From Candidatus Aenigmatarchaeota archaeon (lineage in GTDB: Archaea > Aenigmatarchaeota > Aenigmatarchaeia > CG10238-14 > SCSR01), in assembly GCA_039000425.1 (NCBI GenBank), contig JAWBPV010000004.1, forward strand, positions 9,845 to 73,844: 64,000 bases of DNA. Reading direction: 5' to 3'. The translations under genes were made by a program, and so were the position numbers. Each line of letters starts with the position of its first letter. Position 1 is the first letter of the stretch. Positions 17,957 to 27,370 of the stretch are shown piece after piece. Under the pieces are notes generated by a model. The model saw only the letters and a list, made by a program, of their open reading frames with translations, did not search any database and was not told the DNA's origin.

Positions 17957-18769
17957 ATGAAAGCATCTACGATGGAGCGTACGGTTTTTTTAATACTTGC
18001 GGTCATCTTCTTCATACTAGCAGTTTTCGTTATTTTTAAAATTTTCCCAAATCTTTTGCTTCAATTACAGCTTGCGCTTGGTATAGTTAAATTGAGTAAT
18101 GCTGAAAAAGCAATTTTGTGTTCTATTTACAGATGTGTTGAAGGATGCATGAGTATGAAAGTACAAGAATTGAGTTGGAAAGATAAGGATGAATGTGAGT
18201 TTTGTACATGTCAAGATTTTTGTACAGGGGAGCCTTATGGTTTGGGTGGAGATCTTCCAGATGATGCATACGTGAAAACATGGTTTGGGTTTGGTGCACC
18301 AGAACTCTCTAGGAGGATTTGTAATCCAAAGTATCCGGTAATATTCAAAACAAAAGATAAAGAAAAGATTGAGAAATCACATCTTCAATTGGGGAGTCAA
18401 AAAATTAGCGATGTTAGATGTATTATACCAACACATACATCAGGTCCCGATATTTTATCGATCCTAGGTTTCATCTTTGGTGGTGGTATTTGGTCAGGTA
18501 TTCAAAATGCATGGACGCTTATAACAGGAGGCACTATAAGTGAGAATTGGGTTATCATTGATAGAGATGTTATTCAATCTACTGGTACGAAAGAAGATTG
18601 TGTAGCAGCAGGAACGAATATAATAGCAACCCACGATTCTTTAAAAGAGTTAAATTTGTGGAAAGATAAGACTGTAAAAATAGTTACGATGTTTCATGAA
18701 TTCGGGGCAGTAAACAGCGTATTTACACTTTTCTTAGGTGAAGAAAAATATGCAGCGCTCGGGGGTTAG
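17957..18769 (+). CDS. pilin-like protein with Cys-rich extracellular domain
   Basis: 270 aa. N-terminus MKASTMERTVFLILAVIFFILAVFVIF, then CSIYRCVEGC...CEFCTCQDFC. Confidence 0.6.
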   Translation: MKASTMERTVFLILAVIFFILAVFVIFKIFPNLLLQLQLALGIVKLSNAEKAILCSIYRCVEGCMSMKVQELSWKDKDECEFCTCQDFCTGEPYGLGGDLPDDAYVKTWFGFGAPELSRRICNPKYPVIFKTKDKEKIEKSHLQLGSQKISDVRCIIPTHTSGPDILSILGFIFGGGIWSGIQNAWTLITGGTISENWVIIDRDVIQSTGTKEDCVAAGTNIIATHDSLKELNLWKDKTVKIVTMFHEFGAVNSVFTLFLGEEKYAALGG

Positions 18770-19022
18770 CAGCACTGCAATTTTTGTTTTAGTTGTTATA
18801 GGGATAATGTTGCTTGCAGGCCTTGTTATTTTTTGGAAATGGTTTGAAATTCAAAAAAATGAAGCTAACGAGTTTAGATGTAAGATAAAACAAAGGAGTT
18901 ATTGCTCGTCCCTAATACAGGGAGAAAATCCAAATTGGGAAGAAATTGAACCGAAAAGCGGTTGTGAAAAATTTGAGATAGTTAAACCAAGTGTCGAAGA
19001 ATGTAAAAAGATGGTCGGATGA
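18750..19022 (+). CDS. small pilin-like protein
   Basis: ATG at 18750 gives MQRSGVSSTAIFVLVVIGIMLLAGLVIFW (RSG + helix). The track ORF starts at GTG 18738. Four Cys in the short ectodomain. Confidence 0.55.
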   Translation: MQRSGVSSTAIFVLVVIGIMLLAGLVIFWKWFEIQKNEANEFRCKIKQRSYCSSLIQGENPNWEEIEPKSGCEKFEIVKPSVEECKKMVG

Positions 19023-19438
19023 AGGGTGTTGTAACTTCAGATATAATAGGGATAATGTTGTTGATATTAACTGTGATAGTTTTTTTTACAATAATATTTC
19101 CAAAATTTTTATCGGAAATGATAGAATTGTTTGGTAAAACATCTGCCGAGAGTGTTGCTAGACAACTTTCTGGTTTTATCACGATTTCGGGTTCAGCACC
19201 AAACGAAATTAAAATAGAATTCTTTCCTTCAAGAGATGTGACGTACTCTTTTAGTATAAAAGAAAGGAATATAATGATTAAACCTGAATTTAAAGTGGAA
19301 TACATGGAAAAGGCAAGTAGTTCACAACCGTTCGCAGTAGAACTGATAGAGCAAGAACAAAGGAATGTTAATCATTTTTTCATAGAAAAAAGATTTGAAG
19401 GTGTTTCGAACTATGTTTTTTACGGAAAAAAAGAATAA
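19019..19438 (+). CDS. pilin-like protein
   Basis: 139 aa. MKGVVTSDIIGIMLLILTVIVFFTIIF. ATGA overlap with the upstream gene. Confidence 0.65.
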   Translation: MKGVVTSDIIGIMLLILTVIVFFTIIFPKFLSEMIELFGKTSAESVARQLSGFITISGSAPNEIKIEFFPSRDVTYSFSIKERNIMIKPEFKVEYMEKASSSQPFAVELIEQEQRNVNHFFIEKRFEGVSNYVFYGKKE

Positions 19439-20120
19439 GGGTTTGGTGATAACTTTAAATTTAATACTCGGTGCTTTGTTTGCAGTTGGTTTAATAGCTC
19501 TTATCTACTGGATTTTTATTTCTAGAATACTCGAAGTCCATGTTGCGATAGAAGAAAATACTTTAGAAAGACGCGCGATAAATCTGGCCAACCTTTTAAT
19601 ATCTTCGGAAAAAATAGCTTACGAAAAAGATGGCAAAATCATGAGAGGTATTCTTGATTCCGAAAAACTTGAAAATATTTTTTCACGAGAGTACATTTTT
19701 CTCTCTCAAGAATTGAAAACTAAAAATATAGGGATAGGTTATCCAAATTCGATAATACTAGTTAGAGTTTTGGATTTGGAAGAATGTGATAGTTCAGGAA
19801 ATTGTAAAGGTTGGGCAACTCTACTTTCTGGTCCAATTTCTTTGGAAGGTACTTCAATAAACAAGTTTTTGAAGTGTTTGTCGGAGCACGTTAAGCTCGA
19901 TGTTGGTTCAATATTCAGATGGGCAGTTGGTGGAATAGTTCTCGGTTTATGGCAACCGTGGGACGTAAAGAATTGTGTTCAAAATACCATGCCAGCAAAC
20001 GTGAAAGCTATATTCACAACTTCGAAAATTTCTTCCCAAGGTTTACCTGTGATGATAAAGTATCCAAACGGTGAATTACATCTAGGTAGAATTTCGGTAG
20101 CAATCGGTGAGTTTTTATGA
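19413..20120 (+). CDS. pilin-like protein
   Basis: ATG at 19413 gives MFFTEKKNKGLVITLNLILGALFAVGLIALIYWIF. The track ORF starts at TTG 19395. Confidence 0.55.
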   Translation: MFFTEKKNKGLVITLNLILGALFAVGLIALIYWIFISRILEVHVAIEENTLERRAINLANLLISSEKIAYEKDGKIMRGILDSEKLENIFSREYIFLSQELKTKNIGIGYPNSIILVRVLDLEECDSSGNCKGWATLLSGPISLEGTSINKFLKCLSEHVKLDVGSIFRWAVGGIVLGLWQPWDVKNCVQNTMPANVKAIFTTSKISSQGLPVMIKYPNGELHLGRISVAIGEFL

Positions 20121-20545
20121 AAGGTATTTTACCCATAACAATCGCAATCCTTGGTGTTATGGCAACTTCTACTATTTTTATTTCTTTAACATTACCAATT
20201 TTAGTTTTGAAATATCATTTGAACATAAATTTGAAACAAGAATATGAATATCAAGATTCACAATTGATCTTGTTAACTTTAGTATCATCCAAATACAATG
20301 AAAGCTATTCGATGTATCAAGTTTTTTCGGAAAGAGATTCGAATGGTTTTAATGATGATATGAAGGATAAAGTATATCATGTGATAGAAACTTTATCCAT
20401 GTCAAGATGTTTTAAGATCGTAACAGAGAAAGAAGTGATTTTGAATTCGAACTGCAATCCAAAGAAGAACGTGGGTGAAATATACATATTTAAACCCTAC
20501 AATGAACGTGAGCTCGTGGAAGAGTTAATACTGGTGTATGAATGA
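20117..20545 (+). CDS. pilin-like protein
   Basis: 142 aa. MKGILPITIAILGVMATSTIFISL. ATGA overlap upstream. Confidence 0.65.
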   Translation: MKGILPITIAILGVMATSTIFISLTLPILVLKYHLNINLKQEYEYQDSQLILLTLVSSKYNESYSMYQVFSERDSNGFNDDMKDKVYHVIETLSMSRCFKIVTEKEVILNSNCNPKKNVGEIYIFKPYNERELVEELILVYE

Positions 20546-21036
20546 AGGGTGTTATAGAGATAGCATTAGTTGCTGTAGCTATATTGATCTTGTTAGAGGG
20601 ATTTTTCTTGAACGTTTTCATAGGAAAACAAATAACTCTTAAACAAACGGCTAAAGAACTAGAGATAATTAAAGCCGTTAACAAAATGGAATCTGTTAAA
20701 AGAGGATTACCTTACTCACTTTATTATTCTTTCGAAGAAGCTTTGAAGAGAAGTGGATATTCTTCATTTTCTCAAGTACAAGATTTGGAAGGATTTGAAA
20801 AGAACATTTCGATTATCTTCAACGAATACATGGAAGAATTGGAAGAAAAAGCTGGTGTGAAAATATCTATGGGTAAAATAAAGATAATTCCAAACGGAAA
20901 CGAACTCGTACTCCAATTTTCTTCTCCAAGTAGTATGAAGTACGAATATTCTTCTAACGACTTTTCTTTCACAATTCTAGATAATCCCAACGTGACGATA
21001 ATTTTAAGGAATGGTTTTTTTGTAGAAAATATTTAA
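20542..21036 (+). CDS. pilin-like protein
   Basis: 164 aa. MKGVIEIALVAVAILILLEGFFL. ATGA overlap upstream. Confidence 0.65.
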   Translation: MKGVIEIALVAVAILILLEGFFLNVFIGKQITLKQTAKELEIIKAVNKMESVKRGLPYSLYYSFEEALKRSGYSSFSQVQDLEGFEKNISIIFNEYMEELEEKAGVKISMGKIKIIPNGNELVLQFSSPSSMKYEYSSNDFSFTILDNPNVTIILRNGFFVENI

Positions 21037-21059
21037 GTAATGGAAACAAAATTTAAAAT

Positions 21060-21374
21060 ATGAAGGGATTGACAACAGCAGAAATAATTGGGATAATTTT
21101 GGCAGTAATAGCTGTGATAGTTGCTATATACATCATGTGGGTAAAAGGATGGATTCCTTTTCTATCTCCTGTAGATGAATCAACTTGTAGGACAAATTTG
21201 ATCAAAGCATGTGAAGGTACAATCAAGTGGGATGGAAGAGAATTGGAGGGAGATAACATAAAGTTTTTCAGAAAATGCTTAAAATTCTACTCTGACATAC
21301 AAAAAACATATTTAGAGAATTGTCTAGAGGATCCACAAAACCAGTGTGATGCTTTTTGTGCAACTCTTTATTGA
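21060..21374 (+). CDS. pilin-like protein, Cys-containing
   Basis: 104 aa. MKGLTTAEIIGIILAVIAVIVAIYIMW. Last gene of locus 1. Confidence 0.65.
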   Translation: MKGLTTAEIIGIILAVIAVIVAIYIMWVKGWIPFLSPVDESTCRTNLIKACEGTIKWDGRELEGDNIKFFRKCLKFYSDIQKTYLENCLEDPQNQCDAFCATLY

Positions 21375-23254
21375 ATTTCTTCAACTTTCATACATTCTTC
21401 AGTTCTTGTGTAAGGTACGATTTCCCCAGAGTAAAAATCTATTTCCCTTTCATACTCAAGTTCCAGTAAAACATGAACGTATGAAAGAGATTCTTTAACT
21501 ATTTCTCTTTCTTTCACGTTTTCCTTTTTCAAAAGTTCACAAAGTCCACTTTCAGAAACAGTCTCATAAATTTTATCCCAATTCGTACTCCAAAAAACAT
21601 ATCCTCGCTCAGTTATGTTAGGTTTAACTTTGTAGCAGTAATTATTTATGAAAGAATAAGTAACGTTGTTAACTTCAATAACTTCTTTATTTCTCAAATC
21701 TATCAACGTTGTTTTAACGAAAGGTGGTTTAAGTGTACACAATTTTCCACCAATTTCAGATCCAGATTTAAGAGTTCCTGGTAAAATTTCTTCCAAACTT
21801 CTGCAACTAATCACTTCAGTTCCAACTTCTTCTAATAGCTCGATTTCTTTTTCTTTGTCTATCGTATGAATAACTGTTTTTTGTGGCAAGACTTTAAAAT
21901 TATTTAAGCGTATTTCACCACCAAAATTCTGAAAAGTGACGAACATAGAAACATCTTCCCTGTATCCATGAATTGTTGCTACATATGGATTTGGGATGAA
22001 CTCTATTATTACCCTTAAAGGGCCTTGTATCAGCTCGGTTGCACGTACAGGATTAACGATTTTTTCTGAGTAGTACAAGCTTGAATTACCCAAAAAGAAT
22101 CCTGTATGTTTAATATTCATTTTCACTTTCAAGGGATTTCGTGAACAAGTGGCCAAGTTCCAATCAACACATGCACACTGGAAAACATCTAATTTCGTGC
22201 AACTTGCTTTTGGATTTTCACAAGGTTTTCCTCGAGAACAAGGTACTTTATCTTCAGGCAAACCAGTAGCAATGGATATTTGATCAGTAGTGTACGGACA
22301 AGTTCCTTTTCCAGTATACATTTCATTTGGATTGAGGAAAACAACATCTTGGTAAAACTCTCTTGGTTTAAGAGAAGAGATTTTTTGGTTGAAAGGTTGA
22401 ATGAATTCTATGTTAGAACCGTAATAGCTTACAATGGAAGGTTTTATTAAGAAATTTATATCCCTGTCATACAAATTTGTGATCACGAAAGTAAATTCGT
22501 ATGGGTTTCCTCCGTAAAGTGTTGAAGGTGTTTCTATCCTTACTGTTATGCCACCAGCAACTGGTATCTTCACTGTTTTTATAGGATCAACCTTTACTTC
22601 CCTTGGTTTACAGATTGATGTTCCGTACATGAACGGAATTTGCTTGCAGAACTTGTAATAATTTGCTGGGCTTAACAATGGTATCAAGATGAACATTAAT
22701 ATTGATGTTATTACTGTAATGACAACTATGTAAATCTTCCAATCTTTTATCATAGGTATTAAGGTTAAGTAGAAAGTAAGGACTATGAAAAAAGTTGCAA
22801 CCGCACCAAGGGTTCCGAATCTAGCCGAAATTATCCAAAAACATGCTTGAGAACCACAGTTTAAAGATGAAGACAGTATTAACAATATTGCAAAAAAAAT
22901 TATGCAGAATACGATGTTTACGATCACATCTGTACCAGGAAAAACTTTGGCAAATACTATGATGATTATCAAAATTACAAGTATTATTATGAAGAGGATC
23001 AAGTAGGTTGTGGCTATTTGTTGGATTACAAAAGGAAAAAATATTAAGAAAGTGGCTATGAAGGCGAAGAAAAGTTTGAACAATAAACCCTTGCCCGTTT
23101 CCACTTTTTTCTCTATTTTTTCGTCTACTCTTTTTACTTTACTCAACAAACTTTCGAGTTTTATTTTTTCCTCAACTATCTTTACTTTACTCAACAGGCT
23201 GTCAATTTTTTCTTTTACCAAGGATGAAATCTTATTCATCAATTCCTTGACCAT
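21368..23254 (-). CDS. large membrane-anchored surface protein, unknown function
   Basis: 628 aa. N-terminal repeated coiled segment (SLLSKVKIVEEKI / SLLSKVKRVDEKI), about 6 hydrophobic helices, then a Cys-containing beta-rich ectodomain (YEFTFVITNLYDRDINFLIKPS...). Confidence 0.6.
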   Translation of the reverse strand: MVKELMNKISSLVKEKIDSLLSKVKIVEEKIKLESLLSKVKRVDEKIEKKVETGKGLLFKLFFAFIATFLIFFPFVIQQIATTYLILFIIILVILIIIIVFAKVFPGTDVIVNIVFCIIFFAILLILSSSLNCGSQACFWIISARFGTLGAVATFFIVLTFYLTLIPMIKDWKIYIVVITVITSILMFILIPLLSPANYYKFCKQIPFMYGTSICKPREVKVDPIKTVKIPVAGGITVRIETPSTLYGGNPYEFTFVITNLYDRDINFLIKPSIVSYYGSNIEFIQPFNQKISSLKPREFYQDVVFLNPNEMYTGKGTCPYTTDQISIATGLPEDKVPCSRGKPCENPKASCTKLDVFQCACVDWNLATCSRNPLKVKMNIKHTGFFLGNSSLYYSEKIVNPVRATELIQGPLRVIIEFIPNPYVATIHGYREDVSMFVTFQNFGGEIRLNNFKVLPQKTVIHTIDKEKEIELLEEVGTEVISCRSLEEILPGTLKSGSEIGGKLCTLKPPFVKTTLIDLRNKEVIEVNNVTYSFINNYCYKVKPNITERGYVFWSTNWDKIYETVSESGLCELLKKENVKEREIVKESLSYVHVLLELEYEREIDFYSGEIVPYTRTEECMKVEEIQ

Positions 23255-23298
23255 TTAAATAATTTTTTGTTTCAGAAATAGTTAAATTTCATCCTTTG

Positions 23299-24132
23299 CT
23301 AAATAACTTCAATTTTACCTTTAACTTTATCCAAGTAAGTATAACTCAATAAGAAATTAACTTGGAAGTCGGTATAATTCTGGATATCGTCTTTATTTAC
23401 TATTAATCTACAAACAATACTCTTGTTTTTGTTAGAAATTTTTATCAATTCACCATCACGGAAATCGCAATTTAAAGTTGAGGTTGTTGCGAATTCGAAT
23501 CTTAAATATCCTTTATCCCTTTCAAAAGGCGGGTAATTGCTGAAATCAGTGTAAACTTCTCCCGATCCTACATTCTCTATCTCCAAGACGAAAGGAAATG
23601 TTTCAATGTATTTAGTTAAGATGAAAGGTTGCTGAACGTTAACGTTCAGCTTCACAGGAGCGTTTTTGCTTGAATTGAAATAGATTACGGCCGATTTTTC
23701 TTTTATTTTTTTACTTTCTTCAGGTTTAAGTGTGTTTAAATAATCGTTATCGTAAACCCTCAACTTCAAATTTGCTTTCGTGCTCATGAAATAAAAAATG
23801 TTAGCAACTGGTGTGAAAGTTTTGTTTTGTGATGGTGAATAAGCAACCCAAGAAAATTTGTACAAGTCGTTTGGCCTAAGAACTTTAAGTTCTTGTAATT
23901 CTTTTTCGACTTGCCAGTTGGTTAAATTTGTCAAGTGAACTTTTATATTTTCAGCATCTTCAGAAGCCAAGTTCTTCATAGTTAAAATGAAAGTTGTTGG
24001 CATTGTAGCTGGAACTTTCTTAGCAGATGTTAAAGTTGCACTCAAACCAACTTCAGAAATTTTTTTCTCCCCGCTTTGAATGCAGCCTGACATAAAAATT
24101 ATCAACAGTAGCAAAATGAAAAAAATCCTCAT
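23299..24132 (-). CDS. putative lipoprotein / surface beta-sandwich protein
   Basis: 277 aa. MRIFFILLLLIIFMSGCIQSG (lipobox-like SGC). Two beta-rich segments (TFILTMKNLASEDAENIKVHL; FPFVLEIENVGSGEVY) resemble CARDB-like folds; this is inference. Confidence 0.55.
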   Translation of the reverse strand: MRIFFILLLLIIFMSGCIQSGEKKISEVGLSATLTSAKKVPATMPTTFILTMKNLASEDAENIKVHLTNLTNWQVEKELQELKVLRPNDLYKFSWVAYSPSQNKTFTPVANIFYFMSTKANLKLRVYDNDYLNTLKPEESKKIKEKSAVIYFNSSKNAPVKLNVNVQQPFILTKYIETFPFVLEIENVGSGEVYTDFSNYPPFERDKGYLRFEFATTSTLNCDFRDGELIKISNKNKSIVCRLIVNKDDIQNYTDFQVNFLLSYTYLDKVKGKIEVI

Positions 24133-24184
24133 ATAAGATATTTCTAAACGGTTAGATTTATGTTTTAAATTTTAACTCTTAATT

Positions 24185-25171
24185 ATGGGGTCAGAAAGTT
24201 TGGAAGAAGTTTGCGAAATACTTGAAATAATAGCTGATAACTACGAAAAGCCAGAAGATGCTATACAAAAACTTTCAAGCATGAGAAACGCACCTAAAAG
24301 TGTTGAAGGGATTAAAACTTACCTTCAACAGCTTGGTGAAGCCCTGATCTTAAGAGAGTTGGGAGTTGAGAGTATTTTTCCAAACGTAGGGTATGATGAG
24401 ATTGTGGAAAAATTGAAATGGCCTATCAAGAAAATTTTCGAGAAAAGTGGAAGAAAATTTATATTGGTGGGAGAAGTTAAGGATAAAATGGTAGGTATAC
24501 ACCCTTTCATCGTTTATTTTTGTGATAGCTTGAAAGGTGATTATCTTCTAGAAGATGATCACCTCTACAAGAAAATCGATGTTGTCGTGTCTCATGGGCC
24601 AAAGTTGATGGGTTTTGAAGGTGTGGAAATTTATTTACCTTTGATGTTTTTAGAAGATCCTTGGAATTTTTACATAGCTTTTAACGAAAAAGACCTGGAT
24701 TACTTGGGCTTAAGAAGTGAAGAAGAAAGGAATGAAATTACAGCGAATTACAAGATAAAAGAACGTTTGGACTCTTTATCCATTGAAATATTAAAACCTG
24801 AAGAACCCAGTTTGAAAGTCATTTTAAACCTCCCAGAAATTTTTTCAGAGATAAAAGAAGATGTGAATGAATTGAGGAAGTTGGTTGGAAGTGATTTCGA
24901 ACCTTACATAAAAGTTCAGATGAAAAGAGAAAAATTGATGGGAGAATTAGAAGAAGCATGTCTGGAGAATGAAAATTTTTACAAGGAGTTGATAGAAGCG
25001 AGGAAAGCTGACGAATACATACCACCAGACTTACCTCTAAACAAATCAGATAGTAAAGAGTTTAAGAAACTTTATGAAGTTGCTTTGATAGAGATTGAAG
25101 ATTACATAGAGAGGAGGGAAAGAGAGATGGAAGAAAAAAGGAAGAAGATCATGGAGAGGTTGATGAAATGA
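24185..25171 (+). CDS. hypothetical acidic cytoplasmic protein
   Basis: 328-aa ORF with an ATG start and no TM segments. No motif recognised. Confidence 0.5.
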   Translation: MGSESLEEVCEILEIIADNYEKPEDAIQKLSSMRNAPKSVEGIKTYLQQLGEALILRELGVESIFPNVGYDEIVEKLKWPIKKIFEKSGRKFILVGEVKDKMVGIHPFIVYFCDSLKGDYLLEDDHLYKKIDVVVSHGPKLMGFEGVEIYLPLMFLEDPWNFYIAFNEKDLDYLGLRSEEERNEITANYKIKERLDSLSIEILKPEEPSLKVILNLPEIFSEIKEDVNELRKLVGSDFEPYIKVQMKREKLMGELEEACLENENFYKELIEARKADEYIPPDLPLNKSDSKEFKKLYEVALIEIEDYIERREREMEEKRKKIMERLMK

Positions 25172-26348
25172 TTTTCTTCAATTCTTCTTTTCTTTTTTCG
25201 TTAACGTGAAATAGCGGATCAAAACTCTCCATAAGCTCTACAATTTCTCTCAATTCTTCTTTTCTTAAAGCATTGATTTCCGATTTTTTCCTCAGTTCAT
25301 AAATCTTCTCTTCTATCCTACTTACAGATTTCGGAAAAAGAACGTTCAGTGATAGGAAATCTTCTATTTTTGATGAGATGTAGTTAAAATCTTCGTAATC
25401 ATAAGATTTTATTTCTTCAGCGAGTTCTATCATTTTTTCACTCTCTTCAGGTTTATACAATGAAGAAAAAATTTTAGCCCTTCTATACAAATTCAAGTAA
25501 GGTTTTATTTTCCTGAAATCTTCTCTCAACTCAGGAGCATTTATCACGTACTCATAATTTCCATATTTTTCTAAATCTTTTCCGACGAAGAGTGTAACCC
25601 CGAGTTTAGACCCAACTTTAGCAACAACAGGTTCTTCAAAATGTGATAAATCATCCGTGACGTATATCAAATTAGGTTTTTTAGAGTTGGTCAAGAAAGA
25701 AAGATCACAATAAGTTTCAGGAAGGAAATATTCACTCATGCTTTTTTTCTTATTTTCACCCAAGTTTAAAGACGAGGTTGAAAAATAACCTTTTTCATCG
25801 AAGAGAAATTCAGATCCAGCTATGTTCGAATTATCAACACCGATCTTCCTTTTACAAATTTCTTCGATCGCTGTTTTTGGCGAACCACTGTTAATACCAA
25901 CAACACAACCCATTTTTTCTAATTCGATAAAAGCTTCCCTAGCGTAATGAACTATTTTTATGTTTTTACTCCTTCCAGTTTCAACGCAAGCTTCGAGGAA
26001 TTGACTTTTTGTCAACTTGCTCTCTTTCAATATCTTGTTGAGTTTTTTGTGCGATTTTTCAAAATTTGAAGGTGAAGTATCTATCTCAAATATACATTTT
26101 TTGATTTCATTCAAATTCTCCTCTATTTTTTTGTTTACCCTGGGGAGTTGATTGAAATAAAATTCTTCAAAAACTGTGCGACCATCTTCTCTTGTTAAAG
26201 TTAAATCAAAATCTGTTATTATGTAGAGTTTAGCAGTTAATGGGCGAAAAACACCTTCAACATTAATTTCATCATCTAGCACGGATTTAATTTTTCCGAT
26301 AGAATCGAAATGAAAAAGGATAGACCATTTTAAGTATTCATTGTACAT
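25149..26348 (-). CDS. HAD-superfamily hydrolase-like protein with C-terminal helical extension
   Basis: 399 aa. Candidate HAD motifs I (IITDFDLTLT), II (GINSGS) and IV (YVTDDLSH). Assignment by eye only. Confidence 0.45.
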   Translation of the reverse strand: MYNEYLKWSILFHFDSIGKIKSVLDDEINVEGVFRPLTAKLYIITDFDLTLTREDGRTVFEEFYFNQLPRVNKKIEENLNEIKKCIFEIDTSPSNFEKSHKKLNKILKESKLTKSQFLEACVETGRSKNIKIVHYAREAFIELEKMGCVVGINSGSPKTAIEEICKRKIGVDNSNIAGSEFLFDEKGYFSTSSLNLGENKKKSMSEYFLPETYCDLSFLTNSKKPNLIYVTDDLSHFEEPVVAKVGSKLGVTLFVGKDLEKYGNYEYVINAPELREDFRKIKPYLNLYRRAKIFSSLYKPEESEKMIELAEEIKSYDYEDFNYISSKIEDFLSLNVLFPKSVSRIEEKIYELRKKSEINALRKEELREIVELMESFDPLFHVNEKRKEELKKIISSTSP

Positions 26349-26379
26349 ATTTTTAAAGTTGTTTTTCCAAATAATTATT

Positions 26380-27357
26380 ATGGTGAACTGGAAAGTTTTT
26401 GTTTTTGGCGTGGTAATTATCGTGGCTTTTTATGCAACATTCCTCCTAATTCCTACATTGTTTGGAATCCAACTCGATTTCTTGTCTTATCCTTTAGTTT
26501 ATGTAACACTAATACTAGCTGGAATATTCATAGCGATAAGTGGTCTTTTACCTTACGGTTGGGGAAAGATTCTAAGAAACATAGCTTATTTCTGTCTTTT
26601 CGTTTTAATCCTGATTTTGGAAATAAACGTGATGAAAGTAGCTCTTCAAAGACATCCTACTCAAGAATTAACTTTAGAAAAATGCACAACTTTATTCGGT
26701 GAAAAAGAACAACCAGAAAAAATTATAGACGCTGTTTCGATTTGGAGTTGTGTAACTACTGGCTATTTTCCGAAAGAAACTGGAGATTTAGGATGGACCA
26801 TATTCGCGATATTCTATATAATCTTGCCATTCGCTTTCATCGTTGCTTTCCTCTACGGCATAATGACAGGAATTGGCTTAGAAGCTATTTTCGGTAACGT
26901 TGCGGGAACGGTGAAAGGAGTTTTAACTTTTGTGATATCGATGTTCGCTATGAGACAACTTTTTGGATTTTTCTTGCTCGACATGTTTGGGTATGGTGCC
27001 TGGGGCTTAGCGGGTGTTTTTTTGGCAGCCCTCTTCGTTATGGCATTAAGGAATATAGTAGAAAAATGGTACAGGATTGAGGAATATGGGAAAGAAATGC
27101 AAGAAGCCATGAAGACAGCCCTCGAGATCGAAAAAAACGCAAAAAAAGCACTTTACGATTATGTTAAGAAGATAAAGGGCTATAGAGGGACACCATTATA
27201 TCAATCATTACAAAGCATAGTAGGTGGTAAAGGAACGCTGCAGTATCAAGCATATTCAAATTTAGGTGAGGTTCTTCAAGCACAAGTGAAACAAACGATA
27301 GATGAGATTATAAGTGGTAGAAAGAGTGTAGATGATTTATTAAATTTACTTAAGTAA
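26380..27357 (+). CDS. polytopic membrane protein, LPF-family member F with helical C-terminal tail
   Basis: ATG at 26380 is preferred over TTG 26341, which overlaps the divergent gene start. FYIILPFAFIVAFLYGIMTGIGLEAIFG and GAWGLAGVFLAALFV are shared with 29089-30000. Confidence 0.55.
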   Translation: MVNWKVFVFGVVIIVAFYATFLLIPTLFGIQLDFLSYPLVYVTLILAGIFIAISGLLPYGWGKILRNIAYFCLFVLILILEINVMKVALQRHPTQELTLEKCTTLFGEKEQPEKIIDAVSIWSCVTTGYFPKETGDLGWTIFAIFYIILPFAFIVAFLYGIMTGIGLEAIFGNVAGTVKGVLTFVISMFAMRQLFGFFLLDMFGYGAWGLAGVFLAALFVMALRNIVEKWYRIEEYGKEMQEAMKTALEIEKNAKKALYDYVKKIKGYRGTPLYQSLQSIVGGKGTLQYQAYSNLGEVLQAQVKQTIDEIISGRKSVDDLLNLLK

Positions 27358-27370
27358 ATAGTTTAAGTAC

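Noticed and set aside
18738-18769. Programmed frameshift joining 17957-18769 and 18738-19022, and similar overlaps at 19395-19438 and 33905-33930
   Set aside because: Each downstream ORF has its own ATG followed by a pilin-like signal (MQRSG.., MFFTEKKNKG.., MMSWF..RKG..). No slippery heptamer was noted. Ordinary overlapping starts explain the pattern.
23102-23203. Tandem repeat of about 51 nt at the 5' end of the 628-aa gene (SLLSKVKIVEEKIKLE / SLLSKVKRVDEKIEKK)
   Set aside because: This is an in-frame duplication of a coiled-coil segment. It explains the plus-strand shadow ORF 23010-23258 and shows no sign of regulatory or mobile-element function.
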